From Cyanophora paradoxa CCMP329 (Eukaryota; Plantae; Glaucophyta): DNA of 64,000 nt. The translations under genes and the position numbers were made by a program. This document shows, piece by piece, positions 20,900 to 30,911 of the stretch. The stretch is from NCBI GenBank assembly GCA_004431415.1, contig QPMI01000516.1:1-64000 (forward strand). Direction: 5' to 3'. Positions within the stretch are counted from its first letter, which is position 1; each line of letters starts with the position of its first letter. The notes below the pieces were generated by a model. It was not told the origin of the DNA and did not search any database. It saw nothing but the letters and a program-made list of their open reading frames with translations.

Positions 20900-21119
20900 G
20901 TCAGACCAAGGCCTAGAAAATTTTCCGAGGCTAGGGTGAGCTTCCACGTGGGGCCCCGGGGTACGTTCACACCTCACCTGAGCCTCACATGAATCACCTG
21001 AGCAACGCCTTCTGTCACATCTGCGGCCTCACCTGCGGCTGGGACCCACTCGATTGCGCGAAGCCCGTTTGCCACTTCTGCAAGGGAATAGCGCAGCTGC
21101 AGTACGAGGACTCGGAGGA

Positions 21120-21947
21120 ATGGCGGACTCTGGCGAAATCGATCTCCTGCTCCGAAACTTCGAGCAGATCCAGCGCTACGGCGCCATCCTTCACGACGAG
21201 GGGGACCCAGACTTCGACACTCCGGCACCGTACCCCGCCGCCGCCGCCGCCATCGCCAACTCCTACCTCGGGGCCGGAGAGCGCCCCCGCAAGCGCAACC
21301 GCCGCACCCAAGGCCCCCAAGGCGAAGCCGCTGTCCCCTGCGGAAATTGCGGCTCTACCGCCCTCGTTGGTGTTCACCTGGATGGGGATCTGGTTTGCCA
21401 AGGCTGCGGTCTGGTCCTGGATTTTTATTATCCGGACCATCAACCCCTGGCTGTCAGCGAGCTCCACAGCAACTACCTGCGGAAGTACCACGTATCTGAG
21501 CGACTTAAGCAGCACTGCCTGGAGGATTCTCCAGTACCCGAGGACGTGCTGGCAGCTATTGCGAGGCGCATGGCGGGAAGGAGTGGAGCAAAGACAATAT
21601 CCGCCAAGTTCTCCGGGCTCTGAAGCAGCAGAAGTACATCGAGCGCTGGGCGCAGATCAAGTGGCGCATCACGGGCGAGCGCCCGCCTCCGATGAGCGCG
21701 GAGGACATGGACCGGGTGCAGGAGATGTTCGCCCTGGTGGAGGTCCCTTCAGCATCTTCAAGTCGCAGGGCAGGAAGAACATGCTCAACTACAACTACGT
21801 CTTCAGGCAGATTTTCGTGCTGCTAGATTTGCCCCAGCACCTCCCTTTTTCCCCTTGCTCAAGAGCAGGCAGAAACTCTCGGAGCTGGATTCCATTTGGA
21901 ACAGGATATGCGAGTACAACGACTGGCATTTCTTTCCTACTCTTTAG
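21120..21947 (+). CDS. Viral late transcription factor 3 (VLTF3-like), three single-base frameshifts
   Basis: CGNC..VCQGCG zinc ribbon, YLRKYHVSERL, IRQVLRALKQQKYIE, RKNMLNYNYVF, FPLLKS.KL..D.IW.RIC when the frames are joined at ~21580, 21745 and 21850. Confidence 0.9.
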
Positions 21948-22292
21948 CTACTCTTTAGTGATCGCGGCGGCCTTCCGCTCGAGCGCCTGCTTGATTCCGA
22001 AGCTAGCGCTGGTAGCCTTGATTAGCATGTTCGTCTGCCCGTGTGTAAATCCGAGGATGAACATAATTCCGCCGGTGGGGTCGTCGTCGAAGAACTTGAG
22101 GGTGAGCACGTACTTCGAGAGCAGGCCGAGGGAGAGGCCGTTGACGGCGACCTGCGCGGCGAGCTCGGCCGCGTGGCCGGCCCTGTTTTCGCCTTCGTGC
22201 GAGGAGAAGGCGGCGTCGATGAGGGAGCCGGATGCCAGGCCGAGGGCGTACTGCACGATGGCCTGGGAGAGCCCTAGGAGCACCTTTGACAT
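21948..22292 (-). CDS. Membrane protein
   Basis: 114 aa with hydrophobic helices; viral upstream motif variant. Confidence 0.6.
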   Translation of the reverse strand: MSKVLLGLSQAIVQYALGLASGSLIDAAFSSHEGENRAGHAAELAAQVAVNGLSLGLLSKYVLTLKFFDDDPTGGIMFILGFTHGQTNMLIKATSASFGIKQALERKAAAITKE

Positions 22293-22327
22293 TTTCCTGG
22301 GGCCTCGGAAATTTTTAAGGGGCGCGC

Positions 22328-22678
22328 CTAGGCGTCGGAGTCCTCGTCCTCGGTCTCCTCTGCCTCCTCCTCCGAGCCCGATTCCGAGGTCGCAAAATCG
22401 TCCGGGTCGCGCACGTAAATCACCCTGTCTCCCTCTTCGTCTGTCATCTCCTCCGAGCTGGTGTCCTCACTGCCCAGCGACTCGGCCGCGGCCTCGTCCG
22501 CCGCCTCCGCGGTCAGGCGCTCCCAGTTAATTCCCAGCGCGTCGCAGATCCTCTCCAGGGCGCTGCTGACCTCGCCGTCGTTAAAGGGCGAGGAGGGGTC
22601 GAGGCTGGCCTCGAGGAGGCAGTCGTAGGCGATGGACTCGACGCGGAAGACGGAGGCGATGTGGGCGCTGGGCGACAT
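22328..22678 (-). CDS. Acidic hypothetical protein
   Basis: 116-aa ORF; TTTTTTCTGAG upstream. Confidence 0.6.
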   Translation of the reverse strand: MSPSAHIASVFRVESIAYDCLLEASLDPSSPFNDGEVSSALERICDALGINWERLTAEAADEAAAESLGSEDTSSEEMTDEEGDRVIYVRDPDDFATSESGSEEEAEETEDEDSDA

Positions 22679-22704
22679 GGTTACGCACGAAGCCTCAGAA
22701 AAAA

Positions 22705-23775
22705 TCAGGCGAGGCCGCGGTGCTTCCTGAAATTATCTATCATGCCCAGGAGCGTCTTGTCCACCGTGCCGTCGTCCGGACCCACGAGATTTTCTCCGTT
22801 GACGGTTTCGCCCTCCCAGTACTCCTTGGATCCGATGCGGAAGGGGGGCGGCTCCTCGGCCTTGTAGACGTAAAGGACGTCCAGAGGGTTCGTAGAGTTG
22901 TTGGAAGAATCGATGATAAGGCAGTGGTTATCCTGCGTGTACTTGTCGAGCAGGTAGTAGAAGGCGCGCTGGGATATGATGTCGCCCCACTCCTTTGCGA
23001 GGGCCTCGCGCTGCATCGCCTGCGAGCACTTGAAAATGACAGCCAGATCAGTATTGGAGCGCAGGACGGGATTGATGCCCTTGGCATACTGCGTCGTGAT
23101 AAGGGTCATGATTTTGTAGTGGCGCCCCGCCACGAACAGCTCGTTGAGGGCCTCGTCGTACCGCAGCCGAGCGTCGGAAATCACGTCGTCGAGCAGCACG
23201 AAAAATCGCGGGTCGACGGGATCCTCCTTTCCCGCCAGCACGTCCTCGGACTTGTTGTGCTGCATGATCGCCTGCTGCCTTCTGAATAAGTGGAAGAGCA
23301 CGCCCGGGTTGTACTTGGGCCAGATGAAGCGCTGGGGTATGTACTGCTTCCAGTACCCGTTCAGGCGATCGGTCTGGCTGATCACGATACCCCCGGGGAA
23401 GGTGCCCGAGAGGTTGAACATGAGATCGCGGAGGAAGAAGGACTTGCCCGTGCGCCGCTTGCCGACGCAGACGACGGTGGCGTCGGACTTGACGGTGTTC
23501 ACGTCGAACCACTTGAGCTCGGGCAGGCAGGCCATGCGCTCGATGCCGCCCGTCTTCGAGTTGTCGAGGAAGGCGTTGACCTGCTCGGGCGTGAGCTGCT
23601 GGCCGTCCTCTGTCATGCCCATGGCGCAGCTGGCGCCGGCGGCGGGGGCCGTGCCCGCGCCCGTGCCGGTGGCCTGGCCCGCGGCGGGGGCGGGGGCCGG
23701 GGCGGCGCCCTGGGGCTGGGCGGCCTGGGGCTTGGCCGCCTTCGGCTTCTTCGGCTTCTTGGGGTCTTTGGCCAT
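22705..23775 (-). CDS. A32/FtsK-like DNA packaging ATPase
   Basis: GKRRTGKS Walker A, FVLLDD Walker B, GRHYKI..ITTQY..P.LRSN.D. Likely ATG at 23775. Confidence 0.95.
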   Translation of the reverse strand: MAKDPKKPKKPKAAKPQAAQPQGAAPAPAPAAGQATGTGAGTAPAAGASCAMGMTEDGQQLTPEQVNAFLDNSKTGGIERMACLPELKWFDVNTVKSDATVVCVGKRRTGKSFFLRDLMFNLSGTFPGGIVISQTDRLNGYWKQYIPQRFIWPKYNPGVLFHLFRRQQAIMQHNKSEDVLAGKEDPVDPRFFVLLDDVISDARLRYDEALNELFVAGRHYKIMTLITTQYAKGINPVLRSNTDLAVIFKCSQAMQREALAKEWGDIISQRAFYYLLDKYTQDNHCLIIDSSNNSTNPLDVLYVYKAEEPPPFRIGSKEYWEGETVNGENLVGPDDGTVDKTLLGMIDNFRKHRGLA

Positions 23776-23812
23776 TTTACCCCCTTCATTCAGATTTTCT
23801 TGTGACCTCGGA

Positions 23813-24289
23813 ATGAAGATTCTCGGCGTGGATGTGGGGGTCATTAATTTCGCCTGGTGCCTCATCGAATTCGATCCGCAGACAAAGGAATCCCAGATTC
23901 TCGACTGGCAAAAGATCGCCCTCTTCCCGTCTGCGCGCTGCTGTGGCCGCCTTGTGGCGCGCCTGGTTGAGGTTACTCGCGGCCATAGCGCCTTCGGCCT
24001 TCCCGACCAGATCGCGATCGAGGGCCAGAGGACGGGAATTAATCGCTGCATCGAGTGCACGCTCCACGCCCTCCTGTACGGGCGTGCGCGGATCGTGAGC
24101 CCGCGCGCCATCAAGCATTTCTTCAAGATCTCGAACCCGAGCTACAAGGAGCGCAAGCGCGGCGCCGTGGACAAGTGCCGCGACCTTGTACCCGCCGAGC
24201 TTGCCGATATCGCGGATCGCAACGGCAAGCTCGACGACCTCTGCGACGCCTACTTAATCGCCCTCTACGCCGCCCTCAATCCGTTGTGA
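23813..24289 (+). CDS. RuvC-like Holliday junction resolvase (poxvirus A22 type)
   Basis: MKILGVDVGVINFA, IAIEGQ, YKERK, KLDDLCDAYL. Confidence 0.9.
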   Translation: MKILGVDVGVINFAWCLIEFDPQTKESQILDWQKIALFPSARCCGRLVARLVEVTRGHSAFGLPDQIAIEGQRTGINRCIECTLHALLYGRARIVSPRAIKHFFKISNPSYKERKRGAVDKCRDLVPAELADIADRNGKLDDLCDAYLIALYAALNPL

Positions 24290-24307
24290 TTTCTGGAGGG
24301 CCCGCAG

Positions 24308-24475
24308 ATGGGATCCTCATGCCGTAAGCCGAGGCCCCTCTGCTGCGAAATCTGCCGCCTGCCGCAGACCAAGCGCGGCTGGGTGCTCAAGGTGGGCGTC
24401 TACGTCTGCTGCCCCCGGTGCGCCGTCCGCTACTACGCACTTTTTTCTGAAGGCTGCTTACATCCCCGTAGCTAG
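24308..24475 (+). CDS. Small Cys-rich zinc-finger protein (55 aa)
   Basis: Manually translated CCEIC...GVYVCCPRC; TTTCT motif upstream. Confidence 0.45.
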   Translation: MGSSCRKPRPLCCEICRLPQTKRGWVLKVGVYVCCPRCAVRYYALFSEGCLHPRS

Positions 24476-24476
24476 C

Positions 24477-24872
24477 ATGGAGCACGCCCACTACTGCTTC
24501 AAGTGCCGTTCCAACACCAAGCTCGCCAACGTCGAGGTGCGTACCAGCAAGAACAACCGCCAGGTGGCCGTCGGCTCCTGCACGCAATGCAGCGGCCGGG
24601 TCTCGCGCTTCATGCGCCGGGTCCTCGAGGAGGGGGCCCGGGAGACCAGCCCCCCGCCGCAGCGCCCCCAGGTGGCCCACGCCACTGGCCCGGCCGCCGG
24701 CTCGAGCCAGGCACCGGCAGCCCCTACGGCCCCGAAGCCCCCCGCGGCGCCCCGAGCGAGGAAGGCGGCGGCGCCGGCGGACGACTCGGCGCCCACCGAG
24801 AGCCAAGTCCCGAAGCGCCAGCGCGCGCCGAAGAAGGCGGCGAGCGAGCCCGCGATTGCAGTTCAGATGTAA
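24477..24872 (+). CDS. DUF5679-like zinc-ribbon protein with basic, Pro-rich tail
   Basis: YCFKCR...SKNNR..A.G.C.QC..RVSRF. Confidence 0.7.
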   Translation: MEHAHYCFKCRSNTKLANVEVRTSKNNRQVAVGSCTQCSGRVSRFMRRVLEEGARETSPPPQRPQVAHATGPAAGSSQAPAAPTAPKPPAAPRARKAAAPADDSAPTESQVPKRQRAPKKAASEPAIAVQM

Positions 24873-25094
24873 TTCGGCGGCGCAACTGCCCCTGCCACTG
24901 CTTCGTCTGCGACTACCCCCCCACCTGCTTCCCCGGCCACCTGCAGTTCGGCCACGAGATTTCGGTGGCGCGCGTGGGAGGGCGGGCCCGCCTCGTCTGC
25001 AGGCGCTGCGCGCGCGGCCTCTTCGCCGATTTTCGCAGGATTCGCGACAGGGAGCTCACGGGCAGTATTTCTAAGTCCCTCCCCAAATTAAGAA

Positions 25095-25358
25095 ATGGCC
25101 TCCCTGCTGTTCGATAGGGACATGTACCAAATGCAGAACCGATTCGACGGCGTCTACCCCGAGCGCATGCCGCAGGAGCAGTTCCCGCGCCCGCACTGGA
25201 CGGACCACCGCACGCACGGCCTGCGCAGGCCCGGGGCGGGGCAGCTGATGGTGACGCCCGGGGGCGCGCCGGCGGAGCGCGACTGGTCGCCCCTCTGGAT
25301 TATAGCGGGGATCCTGGTGGGGTACCTCCTCTTCCGACCCAGTGTAATTTCTCAGTGA
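25095..25358 (+). CDS. Small protein with C-terminal transmembrane helix
   Basis: LWIIAGILVGYLLF; TTTCT motif upstream. Confidence 0.65.
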   Translation: MASLLFDRDMYQMQNRFDGVYPERMPQEQFPRPHWTDHRTHGLRRPGAGQLMVTPGGAPAERDWSPLWIIAGILVGYLLFRPSVISQ

Positions 25359-25369
25359 CCCCGTACCCG

Positions 25370-25687
25370 ATGTCTGGAATTGACCTGCAAATCGAGATGC
25401 TGCGGCGGCGCATGCAAAAGCTGACGCTAGAGGAAGATCCCACAAACGTGCCCGAGATCAAGGCGGGGCTCGCTGCGCTGCCGACGGATATCGTCGAGTC
25501 CATCCGCGATTGGGTGTACAGACTCCAAGCCGAGGCGCGCGCACGGCTGTGGCAGATCGTAATGGGACAGAGGGCTGCGGCCCACCGCAGTTTCGAGGCT
25601 CAGAGGGACGCCGCCGTGCGCCGGTGGGAGCGGCAGTTCCCCGAGACGTACGGGGGCGCCAACACATATTTTTCTGGTGACGGGTAA
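25370..25687 (+). CDS. Hypothetical protein
   Basis: ORF in a co-oriented block; TTTCTCAG upstream. Confidence 0.6.
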   Translation: MSGIDLQIEMLRRRMQKLTLEEDPTNVPEIKAGLAALPTDIVESIRDWVYRLQAEARARLWQIVMGQRAAAHRSFEAQRDAAVRRWERQFPETYGGANTYFSGDG

Positions 25688-25689
25688 AC

Positions 25690-25968
25690 ATGCCGGAGGC
25701 GCAGAAGAAGCCCGCGAAAAAGGCGCCCACGAACGGACAGGAGCGGCCCACCAAGGCCGAGGTGAAGGAGGCGAAGGAGAAGCTGAAGGGGCCGCCCGAA
25801 TTTCCAAAGGGGCCGAAGCCGCTGTACGAGGACGTCTCGCCCGGCGAAATATTCGTGGCGATGCGCCCGACGAAGCAGGGGAAGAAGGGGGCCGATAAGA
25901 AGGACGGGAAGGAAGACAAGGCCAAGACCGATAAAATTTCAAAGCCCACCCCTAAGAAGAGCAAATGA
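25690..25968 (+). CDS. Small Lys-rich protein (possible DNA-condensing core protein)
   Basis: 92 aa, very Lys-rich. Confidence 0.55.
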   Translation: MPEAQKKPAKKAPTNGQERPTKAEVKEAKEKLKGPPEFPKGPKPLYEDVSPGEIFVAMRPTKQGKKGADKKDGKEDKAKTDKISKPTPKKSK

Positions 25969-27899
25969 GGGGGCTCGCATCGCGTTTCGCGCCGCGCAAC
26001 GTGCTCGCGATCCCGGGGGGCGGGGACTCGCACATCACGCCCTTCGAGAGCGATAAGTACGCGCACTTTCAGCAGATGGCCAAAACCGCGCTGCACCGCT
26101 CCGACGGGATGCGCGTCGAGGATAGGGCGAAAACCGACAAGCTCGCGGAGGTGGAGGCGCAGGCCATCGCCAACGCCTACTACATCAACAAATTCAAGGA
26201 GATGGAGTCCGGGCTCGACGAGGAGTACGAGGAGGGCTTCCGCTCCTGGCTGATGGGCCAATCCGCCTTTGCCATCGACGCCGCGAATCAAACGAACCGA
26301 AAGGCGCGGGGCGCAGGCGCGTGCGACGTGGACGGCAAGAATTTGACCATGCTCCCGGGCGTGCGCGATTTTTGCAAGTCGAAGGAAGACCAGATCACAG
26401 AGTTCTTGAAACGCAAAAAGCGACTCGAGACCCTCGGGCCCATGAACTTGGATGACGCGTACTACTACTACAAGTACATCGTGAACGGCGAGGAGTTCAA
26501 ACCGACGAGCATTTATGCGCGCGAAAACCTACCGGAGGAGAAGAAGAGCTACGCGGATAGGAACACCTCGCAGCCGTTCACCCAGGCCGAGCCACCCGGA
26601 TCGGACGACGAGGGCCCGGGCCCGGACGAGGGCCGGCTGAGGGACACGCGCGCCGAGATGCGACGCCTGACGGCCGCAATGACCAAGCTCGTTAAGATTG
26701 CCGAGGGCAAGGAGCAGGAGGCGCGGATCAGAAAGAGGGACAACGCGGCCATCGATGACAACGGGGCCATCGCTCTGGGGTCGAATGCGCGGAGGGGCGC
26801 CAAGGAGGCGCTGATCCAGAAGGCGCTGCCGGGTAGGCGCGAACGGCCCGCAGAAGGCGGCGGGGGCGGGGGCGGTGGCGGCGGGGGCAGCGGGGGCGGT
26901 GGCGGCGGCGGCGGCGGGGGCGGTGGCGGCGGGGACGACGGCGACGGAGGAGAGGGTGGCGGCGATGGTGGCGAGCCACAGCCACCGCCCCTTCCTAGCG
27001 TCCCCTCAACCCCGGCTCCATCGCCCGAAGCTTCCCCCCCGGCCGCCCCGGGCACATCCGTGGGAGCGCCCGCGGCCGGTCCTTCTGATGCCGAGCTGAC
27101 GCCGGCGACGGTAGAGGCCGCGGTGAGGGGGGCGCTGGCTGCCGTGGGCGTTCCGACTGCGCCGCCGGCGACGTACGCCGCATCGTCCGCGAAGTCGAAA
27201 GACCGCAAGCTCAAGAAGGGCATAGATGCGGACGAATCCCGGGAGGCGAGGCTGGAGTCGCTGGATGCGCTGCGTAGCGCAAAGGGGGCGGCTCTTCTTG
27301 CCAAGGCGCGCAGACAGCTGATCACCGACGTGGCGGCCGATGCGGCCCCTGACAGTGAGCTCGCGACCGTTTCGGAGTTCATCCAGACGGAGCGGCTGCA
27401 GGCGGACGTGATGGAGGCAGAGGCGACGCTTGAGGTACGCAAACGGGCACTCGAGGAGGCGGCCGAGCGCACACGCAGGCGCCGGTGGGACATTGGCCCC
27501 ACGGGAGAGGTGATGCCGGCGCCCGCCGCGGGGCCCAGTGCGCCCCCCAGCGTGCCCCCTCCCGCCCGCAAACAGCGATGGGACGTCGGCCCCGATGCAG
27601 CTCAGATTTCGGCGTTTCTCGCGGGCAACCCTGACGCGGAGGAGCGGCGCAGGTGGTTTGAGGATCAAAAGAGCGTGAAGATCCAGGGTGCCTACAGCAA
27701 GGCGCTCAAAGACATACAGAGGCGCTTCGGAAACAATGACGAGGCCCTCGGGAGCTTCGCGGAAATTGCGATTTCCCGGTACCACGCGGCCAAGGGCGTG
27801 CCCGGGCAGATTATTGCCAACGTGCCTGCGCGGCTGCTTCGAGATTATTTCTCGGGGGACGGGCCCGACATCGATTTTTGGAGGTTTGTGGACGCATAG
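25965..27899 (+). CDS. Hypothetical protein with Gly/Pro low-complexity linker, upstream of the MCP
   Basis: 644-aa ORF overlapping the previous stop (ATGA). Confidence 0.75.
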   Translation: MRGLASRFAPRNVLAIPGGGDSHITPFESDKYAHFQQMAKTALHRSDGMRVEDRAKTDKLAEVEAQAIANAYYINKFKEMESGLDEEYEEGFRSWLMGQSAFAIDAANQTNRKARGAGACDVDGKNLTMLPGVRDFCKSKEDQITEFLKRKKRLETLGPMNLDDAYYYYKYIVNGEEFKPTSIYARENLPEEKKSYADRNTSQPFTQAEPPGSDDEGPGPDEGRLRDTRAEMRRLTAAMTKLVKIAEGKEQEARIRKRDNAAIDDNGAIALGSNARRGAKEALIQKALPGRRERPAEGGGGGGGGGGGSGGGGGGGGGGGGGGDDGDGGEGGGDGGEPQPPPLPSVPSTPAPSPEASPPAAPGTSVGAPAAGPSDAELTPATVEAAVRGALAAVGVPTAPPATYAASSAKSKDRKLKKGIDADESREARLESLDALRSAKGAALLAKARRQLITDVAADAAPDSELATVSEFIQTERLQADVMEAEATLEVRKRALEEAAERTRRRRWDIGPTGEVMPAPAAGPSAPPSVPPPARKQRWDVGPDAAQISAFLAGNPDAEERRRWFEDQKSVKIQGAYSKALKDIQRRFGNNDEALGSFAEIAISRYHAAKGVPGQIIANVPARLLRDYFSGDGPDIDFWRFVDA

Positions 27900-27941
27900 G
27901 CGCCCATCCACAAAATTTTCTCAACGCACCCCTAAACCACC

Positions 27942-29324
27942 ATGGCTTCCGCGCTCATCTCCACCCCCACGACCGCCCTGCACCACTCGCTGCGCAGCTC
28001 CGACGCGTCGATGCACGTGCACGAGACCTTCGACACGGCGATGCCGTTCGTGGACGAGGTGCTCGAGGTGAGCCCCGTGCAGTCGGGCGTGGGCTTCGCC
28101 CAGACCGTCGACATCGTCATCCCGCACTCGGCGCCGATGTTCAACGACTCCTGGCTCAAGGTGACGCTGCCGGCGCTGACGAACGCGGACCACTTCTACA
28201 TCCCTAAGGCCGGCTACGTGCTGCTCAAGAACGTGAAGATCTTCGTGGGCGCGCAGCTGATCCACGAGTACACCGGCCACCACGACGCCATCTACGGCGA
28301 GTTCGAGGACGACAAGTCCGTCGTCCAGCACGTCGACATGGTGAACAACCTCTGGGCGCACCAGCCGCTGCGCCGCCGGGGCAAGGCCCCGAACACGCTG
28401 TACATACCGATTCGCATCGCGACGGGCCACGGTCGAAAGTTCGCCGTGCCGCTCCACAAGCTCCGATGCTCCGGAAACGACATGAAGCTGCAGATCACCT
28501 ACGCCTCGCAGAAGGAGATCACGGCCTCGTACGTGGACGGCGGCCTGCACACGAACACCAACCTGGCGGGCGTTACGGGAAGCACCGGCCTGGACACCAA
28601 GCTCATCCTGCGCTACGTGCACATCGACTCGCGCGAGCTGGCGCTGCACCCGAACTCGTTCACCTGGGCCGGCAAGTACGTGCAGCACTACCACGTCTCG
28701 TTCGAGTCGGGCAAGGCCATCCGCCTGCCCTTCACCGGAATCTGCTACGAGCTGATCATCGTGGTGCGCGACAAGCCGCACACCGACAACGGTGAGCACT
28801 TCTGGCGCTTCCGCCCGCTCGACAAGATCGAGCTGAAGTGCGACAACATCAAGGTGCTCGACAGCTCGAACCACGACGCGCACTTCCTGCGCACGGCCAT
28901 CGCGCACAAGGAGCACACGCACGCCCCCGCGCGCAAGCACCTCGAGCTGCTGCGGGGCGTGACCTCGATGGACGGGACGGCGGCGGCCGATGTGGCCGAC
29001 GCGCTGCACCCGCACCCGTGGTCGGGCAACGACACGCCCCCCACGACCCTCGCGACCCACGACGGCCACAGCAGCGACATCCAGCCCCGCAACGTGGGCC
29101 AGTTCGGGACGGAGTTCATCTACTCGCTCCCCTTCGGCACGGACGTGGCCGACAACACCAAGATGTTCGGCGGCCTCGACATGGGTGCCTTCAAGACCAT
29201 CGAGCTCACGCTCACCACGCTCAAGACCTACACGTCGGAGGCCAAGCCCGTGGCCGACATCTACTGCCGCTACTACAACGAGATCACCTTCACCAACGGC
29301 GGCGCCTACCGCCGCTTCCATTAG
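27942..29324 (+). CDS. Major capsid protein (divergent double jelly-roll)
   Basis: GFAQTVDIVIP..WLKVTLPAL, LLKNVKIFVGAQLIHEY, LYIPI, VPL, FIYSLPFG, GGLDM, YNEITFTNG follow the NCLDV MCP pattern; strong C/G third-position bias. Confidence 0.9.
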   Translation: MASALISTPTTALHHSLRSSDASMHVHETFDTAMPFVDEVLEVSPVQSGVGFAQTVDIVIPHSAPMFNDSWLKVTLPALTNADHFYIPKAGYVLLKNVKIFVGAQLIHEYTGHHDAIYGEFEDDKSVVQHVDMVNNLWAHQPLRRRGKAPNTLYIPIRIATGHGRKFAVPLHKLRCSGNDMKLQITYASQKEITASYVDGGLHTNTNLAGVTGSTGLDTKLILRYVHIDSRELALHPNSFTWAGKYVQHYHVSFESGKAIRLPFTGICYELIIVVRDKPHTDNGEHFWRFRPLDKIELKCDNIKVLDSSNHDAHFLRTAIAHKEHTHAPARKHLELLRGVTSMDGTAAADVADALHPHPWSGNDTPPTTLATHDGHSSDIQPRNVGQFGTEFIYSLPFGTDVADNTKMFGGLDMGAFKTIELTLTTLKTYTSEAKPVADIYCRYYNEITFTNGGAYRRFH

Positions 29325-29411
29325 ATTGCCAGCTAGATTGCCAGAGAGGGCGAGCCTTGGCCGCCGGTGTGAACCAATAAATTTTCCCACTGGGATCCTA
29401 ACCGAGGCGCG

Positions 29412-30521
29412 ATGACGAAGGGCCACTCTATGATGGACATTGGGGAGGGATCTAAGAAGCAGCGCCAGTCGCTGAAGAACGACCTGAAGGGTGAGGTGAC
29501 GGGAATTATCGAGAAGTATGCGCCCGGCACGATCATGCCCGAGGTGGCCGTGACGGATAAAACAAAGGCCGACGTCTACACGCCAGAGGATAAGGCCCGT
29601 GGTCTGGGGTGGAACGAAGCCGTCGATACCAAGGCCCTGCCGGCCATGAAGTACACCCCGCAGATGGAGAAGCTGATGCGGATGGGCATTCGACAGCAGC
29701 TACAGAACGCCTACCCCAGCCGCACGATCAACGAGGAGGACGTCGAGAATGCGTTCGCGCTGCGGAAGGAAATCATGATTCGCGATTTCGACCAGTGGGC
29801 GATGACGGCCTTCGACCTGAAGCAGCCGGGCGTCGCGAAAATGCTCGAGGAATATTACCCCGAGCTGCTCGAGCGAATTACGAACATGATCGAGCAGGAT
29901 ATCGAAATTCAGCGTTTCGATAAGTACCAGAAGGTTTTCTTCCCGATGAACTACGACGATCTCGTCATGAAGTGGGCGCGCGAGCGCGGCTGGATCAAAA
30001 CGATGGAAGAAATCGAGAAGGAGAACCTGCTCGGCCCCGTGGGCCGCTACGGCTCCGCCAACCTTCGTGCCGGCTACACGCCCGACCTGTCCCCCATGTT
30101 CAATGCACAGACCGCGCAGATCAGCGGGCCGGGCAACCTCCCCTACGGACGGAACGACATCGATTTCAGCAAGGGCAACCCGTTCAACGCCATCCTCATG
30201 GATCAGCACGGCACGCGGGGCCCGGCCATGGCAACATCGGTCCCGTACGCGGACCAGAACCTGCTCCCATCAACTGTCAACCCTATGGAGGGACTGGGGG
30301 CCGACCAGGCAGACAGTATGCTCATGGGTCAGATTGCAGCGTCAAGGGGCAGAGGCACCGTTCCCGGGGCCCCAGATACGGAGCAGGTGGGCCTTCGGGC
30401 TGCAATCCAGAATCTGGTTGGCATCACGACAGCACGGCAAGCGCAAGTGCGGACCCAGACCGCCGCGAACATGTCGGAGGCGTACAAGCTGGCCGCAGAC
30501 CAATACCGCCGTTTCCGCTAA
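29412..30521 (+). CDS. Hypothetical protein downstream of the MCP
   Basis: 369-aa clean ORF. Confidence 0.75.
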   Translation: MTKGHSMMDIGEGSKKQRQSLKNDLKGEVTGIIEKYAPGTIMPEVAVTDKTKADVYTPEDKARGLGWNEAVDTKALPAMKYTPQMEKLMRMGIRQQLQNAYPSRTINEEDVENAFALRKEIMIRDFDQWAMTAFDLKQPGVAKMLEEYYPELLERITNMIEQDIEIQRFDKYQKVFFPMNYDDLVMKWARERGWIKTMEEIEKENLLGPVGRYGSANLRAGYTPDLSPMFNAQTAQISGPGNLPYGRNDIDFSKGNPFNAILMDQHGTRGPAMATSVPYADQNLLPSTVNPMEGLGADQADSMLMGQIAASRGRGTVPGAPDTEQVGLRAAIQNLVGITTARQAQVRTQTAANMSEAYKLAADQYRRFR

Positions 30522-30543
30522 TTTCTGAGGCCCACGCGAGCAC

Positions 30544-30873
30544 ATGGCAGCGACGGAGGCGACGCTGGGCGAGCAGATCGAGGCGCGCTGGGGCCGCTTC
30601 CTCGACCTGCTGGAGCCGGAGGCCAAGGAGCCGGGGGTGCGGGCGCAGATCCAGTCGCTGCGCGGCATAGGGGCCACGGCGGTCATCGTTCTGTTCAGGA
30701 GGCACATCAACGCGGAGGCGGAATTGATCAAGGCGAAGGACGACTCGGTTTTCGAGAGGCTGCCGCAGGAGTACGCCTCGGCCGTGCGCTCGCTCTTCTA
30801 CGGCAGCGGGCCCGAGCTGCGCGAGAAGCTGTGGCTGTACGTCGAGCTCTTTGTCGAGCTGACCTCGGAGTAA
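30544..30873 (+). CDS. Small helical protein
   Basis: 109-aa ORF ending LREKLWLYVELFVEL; TTTCT motif upstream. Confidence 0.6.
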   Translation: MAATEATLGEQIEARWGRFLDLLEPEAKEPGVRAQIQSLRGIGATAVIVLFRRHINAEAELIKAKDDSVFERLPQEYASAVRSLFYGSGPELREKLWLYVELFVELTSE

Positions 30874-30911
30874 ATAGCCCGGATTAAATTTCTAAGGGGC
30901 AGGCGTAAAGG

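Noticed and set aside
24308-25117. Calling one of the small Cys-rich ORFs VLTF2
   Set aside because: Only generic CxxC pairs are visible; too short to assign without a profile search.
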